Positions 39,234 to 47,512 are shown, counted from the first letter of the stretch. The stretch: 64,000 nt of DNA from an uncultured virus (IMG/VR IMGVR_UViG_3300005405_000007) (IMGVR_UViG_3300005405_000007); one strand, 5' to 3'. The notes: generated from the letters alone by a model not told the origin. Translations and numbers: made by a program.

Positions 39234-39912
39234 AACAGTAAGAGATTTGCAAATTATATCTAGAAGTCAAATTCAAATTATGTTTTTCCCTACTAAACAA
39301 AGTTTAAATATATGTAATCGTAGATTAGCTAAAATTGAAAAACTAGGATTTATTAATAGAACTCCTATTACCTTAAATGGTGAGTTCTTGATTACTGCTG
39401 GAAAGTTATTATGTGAAGCAGGTGGAACTTATATATCAAGATTACCATCTGATTATACTCATCAATTATTAGTAAATGAGATTTATGCCTTATTGTTTCG
39501 TGAGCAAAGACTTAATCAAATTATTGTCAAACAATATAAACCTGAATTTGTATATAAATTTGTAGACAGAGAAGAAAAGAAAGAATATATCTTTAGGTCT
39601 GATATTTTAGCTATCTTAGAGAAAGGAAATGTAGATACTACTTTATTATTTGAGATAGATGCTGGAACAGAAAGCAAGAAACAATTGAAGGATAAGATTA
39701 ATGTTTATGAGAAGGCGTCTATGAAAGTAAAGGGATTCCCTCAATTATTTTGGTTGGCGAATGAAAGAGGATTTAATAGACTGATTAGTTTAGATAAGAA
39801 AGTTAATATTGCTAAAGTCGAAGAATTGAGAGAAAATTTTTATATTTGGACTAGATATCCTAATATGAAAAGGATCAGATTAATTAAAGATATTGTTATC
39901 TGGAAGATATAG
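39148..39912 (+). CDS. Replication-relaxation (Replic_Relax-like) protein
   Basis: N-terminal wHTH LTDRDLEII...CNRRLAKI; HQLLVNE; RSD...LFEIDAGTES...KINVY nuclease-like motif. Confidence 0.78.
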   Translation: MNNKDLMLKKLILGQKYRDLTDRDLEIIKTVRDLQIISRSQIQIMFFPTKQSLNICNRRLAKIEKLGFINRTPITLNGEFLITAGKLLCEAGGTYISRLPSDYTHQLLVNEIYALLFREQRLNQIIVKQYKPEFVYKFVDREEKKEYIFRSDILAILEKGNVDTTLLFEIDAGTESKKQLKDKINVYEKASMKVKGFPQLFWLANERGFNRLISLDKKVNIAKVEELRENFYIWTRYPNMKRIRLIKDIVIWKI

Positions 39913-39925
39913 GAGATGTGGGTGA

Positions 39926-40090
39926 ATGGGATTTGTAAGTAATTTAATTAGTGGTTTTAGTAAACCATCAATTGATGTTGACGAAATGATTGAGTTTATT
40001 TCTAATAGAGTGAATATAGATGAGGGTATTATTAAAGCAATTTTAGTTGCTGAAGAAGAATTTTTAAGAGAAAAAGGGGTTACCTATTGA
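39926..40090 (+). CDS. 54-aa hypothetical protein, last gene of the T4SS-like operon (not in track)
   Basis: MGFVSNLISG...AEEEFLREKGVTY; lies upstream of the terminator. Confidence 0.55.
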   Translation: MGFVSNLISGFSKPSIDVDEMIEFISNRVNIDEGIIKAILVAEEEFLREKGVTY

Positions 40091-40092
40091 TT

Positions 40093-40120
40093 AAGAGAGT
40101 GACAGGTTCACTCTTTTTTG
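40093..40120 (+). terminator. Intrinsic terminator
   Basis: GAGAGTGA/TCACTCTT stem followed by a T tract. Confidence 0.75.
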
Positions 40121-40211
40121 TTTATTTTTAAAATTTCTTATATTTTGTGGTTATTTTTAATTGTGTTTGGTAATAAATATATGATAAGATAATGAAAAGG
40201 AGCGTTTTAAG

Positions 40212-41768
40212 TTGAAACTAAAATTAGTTAGGAGATTGGAACCACAAACACAACAAACACAACAAAAGGAAGATGAGCATAATATGAGCAAGACACCAAT
40301 AGACGAACCTTGGGATGATAAAAATATTGTACAGTATAGTTTAGACGATATTGAGGGTTTAAAGGAAATTACTGATAATGGGAACGATAATTTGAAAGGA
40401 GATAGTGATATGGGGATGAAAATGGTAAATGGTGTTAATGTTTATAAAGATATGAGCGAAGAGGATATGGAAAAATTGGGAGCGGAGGCTAGTTTGAAGA
40501 TGGGTAATTTAGATTTGGTAAATGATAAAGGTGATAATAATGATGATAAAGGAGATTTTCCTTCGATGAGTAATATAAGTGATAAAAATGAAAAAGATGA
40601 GACGAAGGGGGAGAAGAATAAAGAAAATGATTTAGTAGAATGGGAAATTGAAGATGTTAAACCACTTTTTATCAACAAACAAGTAAAAAAATATTCTTGC
40701 CATATGTCAGCAGGATTACTTGCTACCATGGCAAACGAAGGGCAAATTTTTTACAACAAAAATACACAGAGAGGATTAGTCAAAAAAGCGAAGGGGTTTA
40801 CACCAAAAATTAGCACATCAAAGATAAGACAAATTTACTCCAAACTAATTTCTGGTGAGCTGAACGGCATGTTGATTACTTTAAACGCAAGAATTCTAAA
40901 AAATGAAAATGGAAATATTATAAACGAAATTGAATTTGACGAAGATAATAATAACACACTAACTGGTACAGGATATCTTGATGCGGTTGATGGGTGGCAT
41001 CGTATTTATACAAGTCAATACTGGTTACGGAAATGGGAGAAAAACAAATCCCTTCCTAGTCCTTGGGAGTATAACTTCATCGTAGCAATAGAACGCATGC
41101 CGGAGCCAAAAGCCGGAATTTTGTTCTCTGAATACGGTGCTACTCCAACTAAAATTTCTTCTTCAAAGGTTAAGTATCTTGATATTGATGATTATTCCAA
41201 TATGATTGTAAGGTCACTTTTAACAAGCGTATTGCGTAATAAAGTGGAAATTGATAAAACATCAACAAAGAAAACTAATCATATAGTAACATTCTCAACC
41301 TTAGATGATGCAATTAAAAAGAGTTATAAGATTTCAACAGAGGATTCAGTCGATTCCATTACCAAACATTTAGTTGCATTCTTTAATAAACTAATTAGTA
41401 TGTATCCTGATTACTTTGGAAATATGTCATTAGAAGAAAGAGAAAAAGCGCGTAATCAAGATAATCTAATTCTAGAATTACTAATGTTTCATGGTTATAT
41501 CTCTGCGAGTGCTAGACTGTATGGAAAAGAAGATTGGGAATCTAAATTAATGACATTTAAAAACACTATCAAAATTGATGGGTGGGAAGGGAATGTTCTT
41601 CAACCAGATTGCCCTTTGTGGAAGAATAAAATCTTCAGAGGTGATGGAAAGATAGTTTCGGGAACTACTACCCAAAATTATGTAAGAAAGGTATTAGGCA
41701 ATTATGTTGAGTTTGGTTTAGATTATACAATTAATAATATTAAAGAGGAAGAAACATCTAATAAATAA
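40212..41768 (+). CDS. DGQHR/DndB-like (ParB-Srx superfamily) protein with acidic low-complexity N-terminus
   Basis: YNKNTQRG, ITLNAR, LDAVDGWHR, IVTFSTL. Confidence 0.7.
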   Translation: MKLKLVRRLEPQTQQTQQKEDEHNMSKTPIDEPWDDKNIVQYSLDDIEGLKEITDNGNDNLKGDSDMGMKMVNGVNVYKDMSEEDMEKLGAEASLKMGNLDLVNDKGDNNDDKGDFPSMSNISDKNEKDETKGEKNKENDLVEWEIEDVKPLFINKQVKKYSCHMSAGLLATMANEGQIFYNKNTQRGLVKKAKGFTPKISTSKIRQIYSKLISGELNGMLITLNARILKNENGNIINEIEFDEDNNNTLTGTGYLDAVDGWHRIYTSQYWLRKWEKNKSLPSPWEYNFIVAIERMPEPKAGILFSEYGATPTKISSSKVKYLDIDDYSNMIVRSLLTSVLRNKVEIDKTSTKKTNHIVTFSTLDDAIKKSYKISTEDSVDSITKHLVAFFNKLISMYPDYFGNMSLEEREKARNQDNLILELLMFHGYISASARLYGKEDWESKLMTFKNTIKIDGWEGNVLQPDCPLWKNKIFRGDGKIVSGTTTQNYVRKVLGNYVEFGLDYTINNIKEEETSNK

Positions 41769-41779
41769 AAACGAAAAAA

Positions 41780-41821
41780 TAAGGAATAATAATCTTAAAT
41801 TAATAAGATTATTATTCCTTA
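41780..41821. terminator. Bidirectional terminator between the two genome arms
   Basis: TAAGGAATAATAATCTTA / TAAGATTATTATTCCTTA perfect stem. Confidence 0.8.
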
Positions 41822-41985
41822 TAATACTACTATTAGTTATTATCTTGCTGTTCAATAATTCTCAAAACCTCATCGGGAATCATCGATCTATTCAATTCAT
41901 CTATCTCATACATTATTTGAATATCATCTTCGGTCATTTCATAATTGTGTTCATTATCCTCTTCAAACCAATCCTCAAATATATT

Positions 41986-43326
41986 TTATTTAAGTTTAAC
42001 GTCCATATCCATAATAACTTCCTCTACAACAACTTTCTTCTTATGATTCTGTAACCCCTTACCTTTAATCTCTGTGATAGAACGATTATCTATGATATCA
42101 AATACATCTGTCTTTTTCTTAACAACATAATCTACAAACTTTTGATGCTCATTCTCTTTATAATTAATCATTACCCATTTATAATCATCATATTTGATAC
42201 CATCTGCTAAATTTTCTCCATCCATTAATCCTAATGAATCTTCTAAATCATAATACTTATCAGAAATATCAATATTCTTACTCTCAAATATACTAGATAA
42301 TAATTCATTAGGATTAGAATCTAATATTGACATAATTTTATATTTCTCTTCATCAGGTTTTGTTGATGCTAATATTTCACCTTTTCTAATAATATCTTCG
42401 GCTGTAGCAGTACCCAAATTTTCTTTTTTAATAATAGAACCTAATTCTCCATTTAATTTACGGTTATTATTCTCATACTCTCTAGTACCTTTGAATATTT
42501 TATTCTGATTTGTATCTAATTTCTTCCAATATTTAATACCTTCTTTAAGATTATGACTAGATTCTTCTTCGTTAGTAAATAAAGTATAAATATTACAACT
42601 CTCTTTAAGAGATTTATTAATATCATCTTTGTAATACCATAAACCTGCATTATCGATTCTTATTAAATCCAACCCCACTAATATCTTATTGTATTTATTA
42701 ATCGAATCATCTACAAGACCTAATTCTTTATTGATTGTTTTATAGGGAGGCCAACATACCTCTGTTCTACCACCTGATTTTTCAACCTCATCACCTTTTG
42801 GACGCTTATACATTTTACAAGTCAAGTAGCAAAAATAAATAAGAAGATTCATGTTATCAGTTTTATCTATAGTTTGATTAAGTATTTTCTCTTTATCACA
42901 ATCATAAAGCATAAAGAATTGATTATCTAAATCAATATCTAATGTGCATGATATCCTTTCATTAACTTTTACATCCATAAAATTAATATTACAACTTATT
43001 AATTTTAACTTTTGCAGTTTGAATAATATTTGTTTAAATTGGTCAACTGATTCACCAGTTCTAGTATTGTATTTATAACCACAATCAATAATCATATCTT
43101 TAAGGTAGAAATTTGTGATATTTCTCATATTCTTATTCATGTAAATAAAATCTAAAATGAATAAAGATTTATAATTAAATTTACCTTTGTCAGATTTTGT
43201 ATTTTCCAAGATACTAAACTTCCTTTTCTTTGGGTCTGAGTCTTGACTCTTTTCAGAGAAATAGAATAATTCATTTGGTAGTTTGCAAAATATACCTTTA
43301 TTATTTAATGTTTGTTTTTCTGTCAT
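41986..43326 (-). CDS. Putative replication initiator (Rep-like HTH protein)
   Basis: FCKLPN N-terminus, CWPPYKTINKELGL...INKYNKIL...LI HTH, NIY motif; palindromic sites upstream. Confidence 0.55.
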   Translation of the reverse strand: MTEKQTLNNKGIFCKLPNELFYFSEKSQDSDPKKRKFSILENTKSDKGKFNYKSLFILDFIYMNKNMRNITNFYLKDMIIDCGYKYNTRTGESVDQFKQILFKLQKLKLISCNINFMDVKVNERISCTLDIDLDNQFFMLYDCDKEKILNQTIDKTDNMNLLIYFCYLTCKMYKRPKGDEVEKSGGRTEVCWPPYKTINKELGLVDDSINKYNKILVGLDLIRIDNAGLWYYKDDINKSLKESCNIYTLFTNEEESSHNLKEGIKYWKKLDTNQNKIFKGTREYENNNRKLNGELGSIIKKENLGTATAEDIIRKGEILASTKPDEEKYKIMSILDSNPNELLSSIFESKNIDISDKYYDLEDSLGLMDGENLADGIKYDDYKWVMINYKENEHQKFVDYVVKKKTDVFDIIDNRSITEIKGKGLQNHKKKVVVEEVIMDMDVKLK

Positions 43327-43450
43327 TTGTTAAAACCCTCTTTCTTTAATTTGTTTATAAAATCATTAGAAGAGAAAAATATGTATCGCTTTAGCGTACA
43401 TGAGTATTTTATTCTCTCTTATTATTACTTAGTTACTCTTATTACACCTC

Positions 43451-43585
43451 ATTTGACTACCTGTTTTGTGTAGTCAAATACAGTAAATTGTAAGTATTGA
43501 ACTACATAAAAGTGGTAGTCAAATATTTTTACTGTCATTATGGATAAGTAACTAAGTTTTAACTACACTATTTATGTAGTTCAAT
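43451..43585. repeat. Three palindromic sites, candidate origin or operator
   Basis: ATTTGACTAC-N9-GTAGTCAAAT, ATTGAACTAC-N9-GTAGTCAAAT and TTTTAACTAC-N9-GTAGTTCAAT at 43451, 43496 and 43557. Confidence 0.8.
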
Positions 43586-43589
43586 ATTT

Positions 43590-43796
43590 TTACTTCTTAA
43601 TCTGCTTATATTGTTCAATTGCTTTTAATAATTGAGGACTATTTGTAAAAAGAAATAGATTTCTATTAGAATTTTCTTCTGGTTTTACTCCATGTAAGAC
43701 AAATCCTTTCATCATGAGGTATCCAGCTAATTTCATTGATTTGACATAGAAGGTTTTGAGTTCTGATTTGTTGCTTTCTAATGTTTGATTTGTCAT
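43590..43796 (-). CDS. DUF5659-like small phage protein
   Basis: FYVKSMKLAGYLMMKGF...FLFTNSPQLLKAIEQY. Confidence 0.65.
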   Translation of the reverse strand: MTNQTLESNKSELKTFYVKSMKLAGYLMMKGFVLHGVKPEENSNRNLFLFTNSPQLLKAIEQYKQIKK

Positions 43797-43920
43797 AAAA
43801 TCATTCCTTTTTTATAATTATTCTCTCTAATAATATGTGCCACAATTTAACCCAATAAGAGGTCATCCAAATTATATTGGACAACCCCCTAGTTAACATG
43901 ATAATATTATTTATATATTA

Positions 43921-45048
43921 TTAATCTACATTTCTAATATAGCAATAAATCTTACCATCTTTATAATTATCGACTTCTAAATTCTTTTCCACAATTATTT
44001 TATCAATTATGCAATCGTCTTCACCGTATTCCCTCGTAATAATTTGGTCGAAAGCACTTTTTAATAGATTTTGCTTATCAAATCTTGCTAGACAATCAAA
44101 TTTTATATAAACTATAATTGGTTTGCTCCAATCTATATTCAACTCACTTTTTGGGATTAATTGTTGCGATGGAAAATTCTTAATCCAATTTTTATATGTA
44201 TTTGTTTTTACTGTGATAAATTTCCCTGTGTAATCACTAACAACTTTTTCGTAGAGGTAATTTTCAGACATTCCATGAGAATTTATGCACATGTATTCCG
44301 ATAATGAAGGATTCAATATTGCGATTGTATTTGCTAAACTATTTAACTCTTCATCTTTTTCGTCAATAATCTGCAATTGCTTATCTATGATTTTATTTTT
44401 ATGTGATATAATTTGACTTTTGCTTTTATTATTTGTTTCAAGTTGCTTCTTTCCAATAGTAGTAATTACTTCTGCTAAAACTAAAGCAAAAGATCCTTTA
44501 CCACTATCTATTAATGTTTGTTTCCTATTGTTTAAGGCATTAATTACAGTATTTTGAATACCATTTTTACCTTTGCCATCTTTGTTTTTGTGATATATCA
44601 TACACTCTTTAAATTCTTGCTCTATTGATTCGATATTGCAAGAATTAAATGTGTTCCTAATTTTCTTATTTGTAGAGTATTTATCTAATTGTTCTTCTTG
44701 TTTTTCAGTAATATTTGGAGATACATAAGCACCATTTTTATTTATAGAAGGAATTACATCATCAAAGATCCAAGATTCAAATTTATCCGCATTTGGAAGC
44801 TTAGACCTTGCCACAAGACGATAAACATCACCTTCAGGAATTAAAGATACCATATTTCCTCCATCTTTAAAGCTGTCGTGTTTCACGACACCCTTGCAAT
44901 GCCTACTAATAGCGTCTCTTGGATTACTATATCCTAATGAACTTGCAATATCTTTTGCAACAAAATAATCTTTCCCATTGATATTTGCCATTCTAAACTT
45001 TCCTAATTCTCCCGTAAATACAATTAAATCATTATTATTATTTTCCAT
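43921..45048 (-). CDS. Bro-N antirepressor-like protein with RusA-like C-terminus
   Basis: YFVAKDIASSLGYSN...LIPEGDVYRL...FESWIFDDVIPSI; C-terminal DKQNLLKSAFD...DDCII. Confidence 0.78.
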   Translation of the reverse strand: MENNNNDLIVFTGELGKFRMANINGKDYFVAKDIASSLGYSNPRDAISRHCKGVVKHDSFKDGGNMVSLIPEGDVYRLVARSKLPNADKFESWIFDDVIPSINKNGAYVSPNITEKQEEQLDKYSTNKKIRNTFNSCNIESIEQEFKECMIYHKNKDGKGKNGIQNTVINALNNRKQTLIDSGKGSFALVLAEVITTIGKKQLETNNKSKSQIISHKNKIIDKQLQIIDEKDEELNSLANTIAILNPSLSEYMCINSHGMSENYLYEKVVSDYTGKFITVKTNTYKNWIKNFPSQQLIPKSELNIDWSKPIIVYIKFDCLARFDKQNLLKSAFDQIITREYGEDDCIIDKIIVEKNLEVDNYKDGKIYCYIRNVD

Positions 45049-45105
45049 TTTATTATTCCTTCTTTCTTTAATTTTATTTCTTTATTAAGTACTTAAATAT
45101 TGAAT

Positions 45106-45300
45106 TTATCTTTGATAATTTTTCCACAGTTCGTAAACATCTGCGGTATCTTTTCTATCAAATTTATGCCACATCTTTTTAGTTGCGTAGTGTACTCCAA
45201 CGTCTTTAACCATTTTTCCTTTTGAAATATAAAACTGTACTTGAACAAGATCATACAAATAAACATATTTATCTACTGAATCATTTTCCAATCCTCTCAC
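45106..45300 (-). CDS. Small hypothetical phage protein
   Basis: AAGGAGGTGA SD; YLYDLVQVQFYISKG. Confidence 0.55.
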   Translation of the reverse strand: MRGLENDSVDKYVYLYDLVQVQFYISKGKMVKDVGVHYATKKMWHKFDRKDTADVYELWKNYQR

Positions 45301-45400
45301 CTCCTTTCAATAAATTTGAATATAATAAAAGAGAGTCATATTTCTACGACTCTCTAACCTCTAAAATACAATCCCTATAAATCCTAACTTTTCTGGGGTT

Positions 45401-45916
45401 CTATTTATTTGGTTTTACAGAATTATTAATTGCTGATGTAATATCTACTAATACTTTATTTATGGCTTGTTGAGATGCTTCAATGGTAAATTGTGTAACT
45501 GCATCTTTAATATCTACAACAGGAGCAGTAATAGTAACTGTGGTGCCACTATTTATAGATTCAGTTGGAGACTTTACAATGTCAATAGTATTATCATTTT
45601 TTGCTTGTTGTACAATTAAATATGCTTTTGCTTTGTCATATAAACTTTTAACTAATCCATTAAATGTTGCTTGAGGAACAAATAGTCTAACACTAGCCGG
45701 AAGTAATTGATATCCTTTATCCATCATAAATTCTAATTTCTCATCACCTGTATTTAATGCTAATGTTTCTGCCTCTTTTTCGAGTCTAAGCATTAATGAT
45801 AAAATTATTTTCTTTGCTTGTTCCCGTTGGAAAAATGCGAATCCACCAAACCCTAAAGCAACAGAAATAAAACCCCAATAATTTTGTGCTAAACTAATTA
45901 TATTTTGAATATCCAT
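45401..45916 (-). CDS. Putative holin
   Basis: One N-terminal TM helix then LEKEAE...TGDEKL; lies in the lysis cassette. Confidence 0.6.
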   Translation of the reverse strand: MDIQNIISLAQNYWGFISVALGFGGFAFFQREQAKKIILSLMLRLEKEAETLALNTGDEKLEFMMDKGYQLLPASVRLFVPQATFNGLVKSLYDKAKAYLIVQQAKNDNTIDIVKSPTESINSGTTVTITAPVVDIKDAVTQFTIEASQQAINKVLVDITSAINNSVKPNK

Positions 45917-45960
45917 TTAAATACATCTCCTTATTATTTATTTTATATTTATTTTTATAA

Positions 45961-46398
45961 TCACATAGAAATTTTTACACCGTATTTACTAGCTAAATAC
46001 CCGGCGATACATGCTCCTAAAACAGTTAAAACTTTTATAATTATATCCTTTCTGTTATTATTTTTTGTTTTTACAATTTCTGTGTCATTTGAGTCTTTTG
46101 ATTTAATAATTTCAGCATTGTTATTAGACGCAATTGTTACTAATTGTGTTGTGGATTGTAGAATTGAATTGAATGTCTGATAAGAATTGCTTTCAAATCT
46201 GATTATTGCGTCTTTTACATCTGCCATTTGAGATTTTATGTTTGTTAAATCTGATTTTACGGCAACTTGATCTAACTCCAATTGTTGGATTTTATCAGTA
46301 TGTTCATTTAGTATCTGCTTATGTTCGTCCAACACTTTCTCTACTTCTGGTTCAATACTCATATCTTCTAACACCTCCATTTGATATTGATAATTCAT
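45961..46398 (-). CDS. Coiled-coil protein with C-terminal TM helix (XhlA/holin-like)
   Basis: Heptad-rich region followed by IIKVLTVLGACIAGYLA; lies next to the endolysin. Confidence 0.6.
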   Translation of the reverse strand: MNYQYQMEVLEDMSIEPEVEKVLDEHKQILNEHTDKIQQLELDQVAVKSDLTNIKSQMADVKDAIIRFESNSYQTFNSILQSTTQLVTIASNNNAEIIKSKDSNDTEIVKTKNNNRKDIIIKVLTVLGACIAGYLASKYGVKISM

Positions 46399-46399
46399 C

Positions 46400-46575
46400 T
46401 TGACATTGCCCCTTTCTTTGTGCTATACTTTGTTTCAAGGGTTAGCAAAGCGTATACTTTGTTAATCCAGCAAGTCTCAGAGGGCAATCTGGACTTGCTA
46501 TATACATAGACAATTTAATATTGATCAATATGACAATGACATTAAAGAGGTGTAAAATAAAAAAAATACACCTCT
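46400..46575 (+). ncRNA. Candidate antisense small RNA with promoter
   Basis: TTGACA-N18-TATACT with extended TG, two hairpins (46439-46468 and 46469-46499) and a final stem (46546-46575); no ORF. Confidence 0.4.
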
Positions 46576-46595
46576 AATTGTCGTTTTAAATTTTT

Positions 46596-47336
46596 TTAAT
46601 TCCCTTTAAGATAATTAGAAACAATAATTAAAGTATCTCCAGCAGTATTTCCACTTAAATATACCTCTCCAGGAACTCCTAATTTTGGCCCTCCTACATT
46701 AATAATCTTCTTTGCTTTTAATGCAATTGGATTTACATTGGCACTCGCATTTCTACAAAACATTCCGCATGATCCGTTTAAATTAGCCAATATTAAGGCA
46801 CTTGAAAAGTCGGCAGGGGTATAATATACAACGCATACATCCATTTGAAAATCATCTCCTTTATTTATTATATTTTCATTTCCACTTCCAAAAAACATAT
46901 TTGCTTCATCTTTTCTCCGTCTCAATAATCCAGCAATAACTTTACCGCCTGCGTAACTCCATGCACAAAAATTTTCTGTAATAGTATTAACATCTCTAAC
47001 GCCAGCACAAACATTTCTGTATAATGTAGATCCTAATAATCCATTAATTCCAACGTTATATGCCATAGAAACTAAAGCATCAAATTGATTTTGATTTAAA
47101 TTAACTTTTTTACTGTCTAAATTATTTTTTAATGGTAATGCATAATTATTATTCAATAGATTTTTTAACATATCAGAAGCTTGTTTTTCTGTTACTGAAT
47201 ATAAACCAGCTATTTCTGAACCAGTCATGCCATAACCAATTGTTTTTACTCCTACAATGTCATAATATGGTGTTGCAGAAAATCCTTCAAAGGATTTAAC
47301 AAAATCAACACATTGAGGAGATACTAAATTAATCAT
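46596..47336 (-). CDS. Endolysin, GH24 lysozyme
   Basis: KSFEGF...YYDIVGVKTIGYG, NQNQFDALVSMAYNVG, GLLRRRKDE. Confidence 0.92.
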   Translation of the reverse strand: MINLVSPQCVDFVKSFEGFSATPYYDIVGVKTIGYGMTGSEIAGLYSVTEKQASDMLKNLLNNNYALPLKNNLDSKKVNLNQNQFDALVSMAYNVGINGLLGSTLYRNVCAGVRDVNTITENFCAWSYAGGKVIAGLLRRRKDEANMFFGSGNENIINKGDDFQMDVCVVYYTPADFSSALILANLNGSCGMFCRNASANVNPIALKAKKIINVGGPKLGVPGEVYLSGNTAGDTLIIVSNYLKGN

Positions 47337-47512
47337 TATTTGTTACACCTCCTATAAATTTTATGAATATTAAATTTTCTAAAACCCTGAAACCCTTACT
47401 ATAGGCCACTTTTATTTTTGATATAATAGAATAAAACTGCACTTTCAAATGGTTGAAGGAATATTTAAAGAGAGTATTTACTACTCTCTTCTTGCTAGAC
47501 AGTATAAGTCTA

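Noticed and set aside
40212..41768. Complete Dnd phosphorothioation system
   Set aside because: No DndA/C/D/E or Ssp-like genes are present in the window.
41845..42054. 69-aa + strand ORF after the bidirectional terminator
   Set aside because: It has no SD, overlaps the 3' end of the Rep-like gene and lies in low-complexity skewed sequence.
43451..43585. Three spaced repeats as a CRISPR array
   Set aside because: The units are dyads with variable centres and unequal gaps (16 and 32 nt), which fits protein-binding sites better.
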